Part shown: in pieces, positions 49,587 to 52,124 of the stretch | How positions within the stretch are numbered: the first letter of the stretch is position 1 | How the letters are laid out: every line of letters starts with the position of its first letter | Assembly: GCA_024694145.1 (NCBI GenBank) | Contig: JAILKD010000048.1 | Coordinates: forward strand, 1-52,124 | Origin: a bacterium | Lineage (GTDB): Bacteria > Bacillota_I > Bacilli_A > Acholeplasmatales > JAEDCM01 | DNA length: 52,124 nt | Direction of reading: 5' to 3' | Position numbers and translations under genes: made by a program | Notes under the pieces: generated by a model | What the model saw: the letters and a program-made list of their open reading frames with translations, nothing else | The model's database searches: none | What the model was told of the DNA's origin: nothing

Positions 49587-52124
49587 ATGGGAAAAACATA
49601 TTCACATATTAAAATTAGATTAGCCTCTCCAGAAGAAATTCGTTCTTGGTCATTTGGTGAAGTTAAAAAGCACGAAACAATTAACTATCGTTCTTTAAAA
49701 CCAGAACCAGATGGATTATTCTGTGAAAAAATCTTTGGACCAACTAAAGATTATCAATGTGGTTGCGGTAAAACTAGACGTAATCAAGAAAAGGGAACAA
49801 TCTGCGAAAAATGTGGTGTTGAAATCACTGAAGCTAAAGTTAGACGTGAAAGAATGGGTCACATTGAACTTGCAGCACCAGTAGTACATACTTGGTATTT
49901 AAAGAGTTCTCCATCTAAACTTGCTTTATTACTTGAAATTAAAGCAAAAGATCTTGAAAATGTAGTTTATCTTGCAAGTTACATTGTAACTGATAAAGGT
50001 GATGTTCCAGGATTACAAAATAAACAAATCTTATCAGAAGCTGATTATAATAAGCTTTATGAAGAATATCATAATAGATTTAAAGCCCTAACAGGTGCTG
50101 AAGCTGTTAAAGAATTATTAAAGCAAATTGACTTAGAAAAGAAAGTTCAATCTTTAAGAAGAAAACTTAAAACTGTTTCTAAGCAAATGCGTGATAGAGT
50201 AGTTAAACGTCTAGAAGTAGTTGAATCATTCTATAATTCAGATAATAAACCTGAATGGATGGTACTAGAAATATTACCAGTTATACCACCAGATTTACGT
50301 CCAATGGTACAACTAGATGGTGGTAGATTTGCTACTACTGACTTAAACGACTTATATCGTAGAATTTTAAACAGAAATAATCGTTTAAAGAAATTATATG
50401 AACAAAATGCTCCATCTCTAATCATTAAAAATGAAAAACGTTTATTACAAGAAGCAGTTGATGCTTTAATTGATAACTCTAAACGTGGTAAGAGAGGCGC
50501 TGCTGAACGTCAAAGACATTTAAAATCATTATCTGACATTCTACGTGGTAAGCAAGGACGTTTCCGTCAAAACTTACTAGGTAAGCGTGTTGACTATTCA
50601 GGTCGTTCAGTTATCGTTGTTGGACCAGACTTAAAGATGTACCAATGTGGTATTCCAAAAGAAATGGCTCTAACATTATTCAAACCATTTGTTATTAAAG
50701 AATTAATGAATGGTGAACCAAAAATGCCTATTTCAAATGCAAAGAGAATGGTAGATAGATTAGATGATAAGGTATGGGGTGTACTAGAAGAAGTTATTAG
50801 GGAACATCCAGTACTACTTAACCGTGCCCCAACATTACATAGACTTGGTATTCAAGCATTCGAACCAAAGCTTATTGAAGGTAAAGCTATTAGACTACAT
50901 CCACTAGTATGTACAGCATTCAACGCTGACTTCGACGGTGACCAAATGGCAGTCCATGTACCTCTATCTCAAGAAGCACAAGCTGAAGCTCGTCTATTAA
51001 TGTTAGCTTCTAACAATATCTTAAACCCTAAAGATGGTAAGCCAGTTGTCACTCCATCACAAGATATGGTACTTGGAAACTACTATTTAACAATGGAACG
51101 TCCATATATGCCATATGAAAGTAAAGATGGAAGCATTGACACTTCAATTGGTGAATATAAATTATATAAAGATAAAGGTATTATTTTAAGAGAATATCCT
51201 AAAAACTATAATGAAGGACATGTTTATTTAGACTTTGATGAAGCAATTAGAGCTTATAAGAATAATGAAATTACTCTACAAACTCGTATTGCTTTAATGC
51301 CTAGTGTATTAAATAAAGATTTCTCTAAGTTAGAAGAAAAAGAAGGTATTGATATTAATAAAGTATTCATCATTACTACACTTGGTAAGATGATCTTTAA
51401 TAAGATTTTACCTGAAGGATTCCCTTACTTAAATGAACCAACTATGAAGAACTTAACTGAATATACTCCAGCTAATTTCTTCTTACCAAGAACAGCAAAT
51501 ATTCCTGAAATCTTAAGACATACTCCAGTTTCTAAACCATTTGCTAAGAGCTTCTTATCAAAGATTATTGCTGAAGTATTTAAGAGATTCCAAATTGCTG
51601 AAACATCTAAGATGCTAGATAACCTAAAGGATTTAGGATTCAAATATTCTACAACTGCAGGTATTACAATCTCAGCAACAGATGTTAACGTTTATTCTAA
51701 GAAACAAGATGTTATTAGAGCTGCTGAAGCTAAGTGTGATAACATCAATAGTATGTTAGATTTTGGTGAATTAACAATTAAAGAAAAGAAAAAGCTTGTT
51801 CAAGAAACTTGGAATGAAGCTCTAGATAAGATCAAGAAAGGTCTAGAAGAAGAATTTGATATTGATAACCATATCTTTATCATGCAAGATTCTGGTGCCC
51901 GTGGATCTATTTCAAACTTCGCCCAATTAGCCGGAATGCGTGGATTAATGAACGACCCAACTGGTGGCGTTATCGAAGTGCCAGTAAAGGCAAACTTCTT
52001 CGAAGGTATTACCGTTCCAGAATTCTTCATTTCTACACATGGTGCTAGAAAGGGTTCTACAGATACTGCCTTAAAGACAGCTGAATCAGGTTACTTAACA
52101 AGACGTTTAGTTGACGTAAGCCAA
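49587..52124 (+). CDS. rpoC: RNA polymerase beta' subunit, 3'-truncated by the window edge; not in the ORF track
   Basis: SD AGGAGG; [51 protein letters not shown]. Confidence 0.99.
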   Translation, partial: MGKTYSHIKIRLASPEEIRSWSFGEVKKHETINYRSLKPEPDGLFCEKIFGPTKDYQCGCGKTRRNQEKGTICEKCGVEITEAKVRRERMGHIELAAPVVHTWYLKSSPSKLALLLEIKAKDLENVVYLASYIVTDKGDVPGLQNKQILSEADYNKLYEEYHNRFKALTGAEAVKELLKQIDLEKKVQSLRRKLKTVSKQMRDRVVKRLEVVESFYNSDNKPEWMVLEILPVIPPDLRPMVQLDGGRFATTDLNDLYRRILNRNNRLKKLYEQNAPSLIIKNEKRLLQEAVDALIDNSKRGKRGAAERQRHLKSLSDILRGKQGRFRQNLLGKRVDYSGRSVIVVGPDLKMYQCGIPKEMALTLFKPFVIKELMNGEPKMPISNAKRMVDRLDDKVWGVLEEVIREHPVLLNRAPTLHRLGIQAFEPKLIEGKAIRLHPLVCTAFNADFDGDQMAVHVPLSQEAQAEARLLMLASNNILNPKDGKPVVTPSQDMVLGNYYLTMERPYMPYESKDGSIDTSIGEYKLYKDKGIILREYPKNYNEGHVYLDFDEAIRAYKNNEITLQTRIALMPSVLNKDFSKLEEKEGIDINKVFIITTLGKMIFNKILPEGFPYLNEPTMKNLTEYTPANFFLPRTANIPEILRHTPVSKPFAKSFLSKIIAEVFKRFQIAETSKMLDNLKDLGFKYSTTAGITISATDVNVYSKKQDVIRAAEAKCDNINSMLDFGELTIKEKKKLVQETWNEALDKIKKGLEEEFDIDNHIFIMQDSGARGSISNFAQLAGMRGLMNDPTGGVIEVPVKANFFEGITVPEFFISTHGARKGSTDTALKTAESGYLTRRLVDVSQ

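Overview
Very AT-rich chromosomal segment of a low-GC Bacilli/Mollicutes-like bacterium (Anaeroplasma/Acholeplasmatales-like by inference). It reads with the standard code: Trp is TGG and stops are almost all TAA/TAG. The left two-thirds is metabolic and accessory: a degenerate gltB-gltD pair, tRNA-Gln and tRNA-Leu, pta, a tandem-domain acetyltransferase, an ABC-exporter deletion scar, an XRE membrane regulator with a beta-propeller lipoprotein, HD-GYP, xpt, a BMP-type nucleoside ABC transporter, DegV, CIRCE-controlled hsp20, a polar amino-acid ABC operon, a BspA-type LRR protein and a GH94 phosphorylase. The right third is the conserved cysS-mrnC-rlmB-sigH-rpmG-secE-nusG-rplKAJL-rpoB-rpoC cluster with several insertions. 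The strongest novelty candidate is a tandem riboswitch-like attenuator in the leader of the amino-acid ABC operon (24670-24870, minus strand). It has two 45-nt copies of a covarying hairpin with a shared internal loop, each with its own terminator and antiterminator, and I cannot match it to a known riboswitch class. Other leads are an unannotated promoter-driven sRNA (about 9417-9550, minus), a GltB that has lost its FMN-site motifs, and a split-active-site acetyltransferase. No integrase, transposase or CRISPR array was seen.
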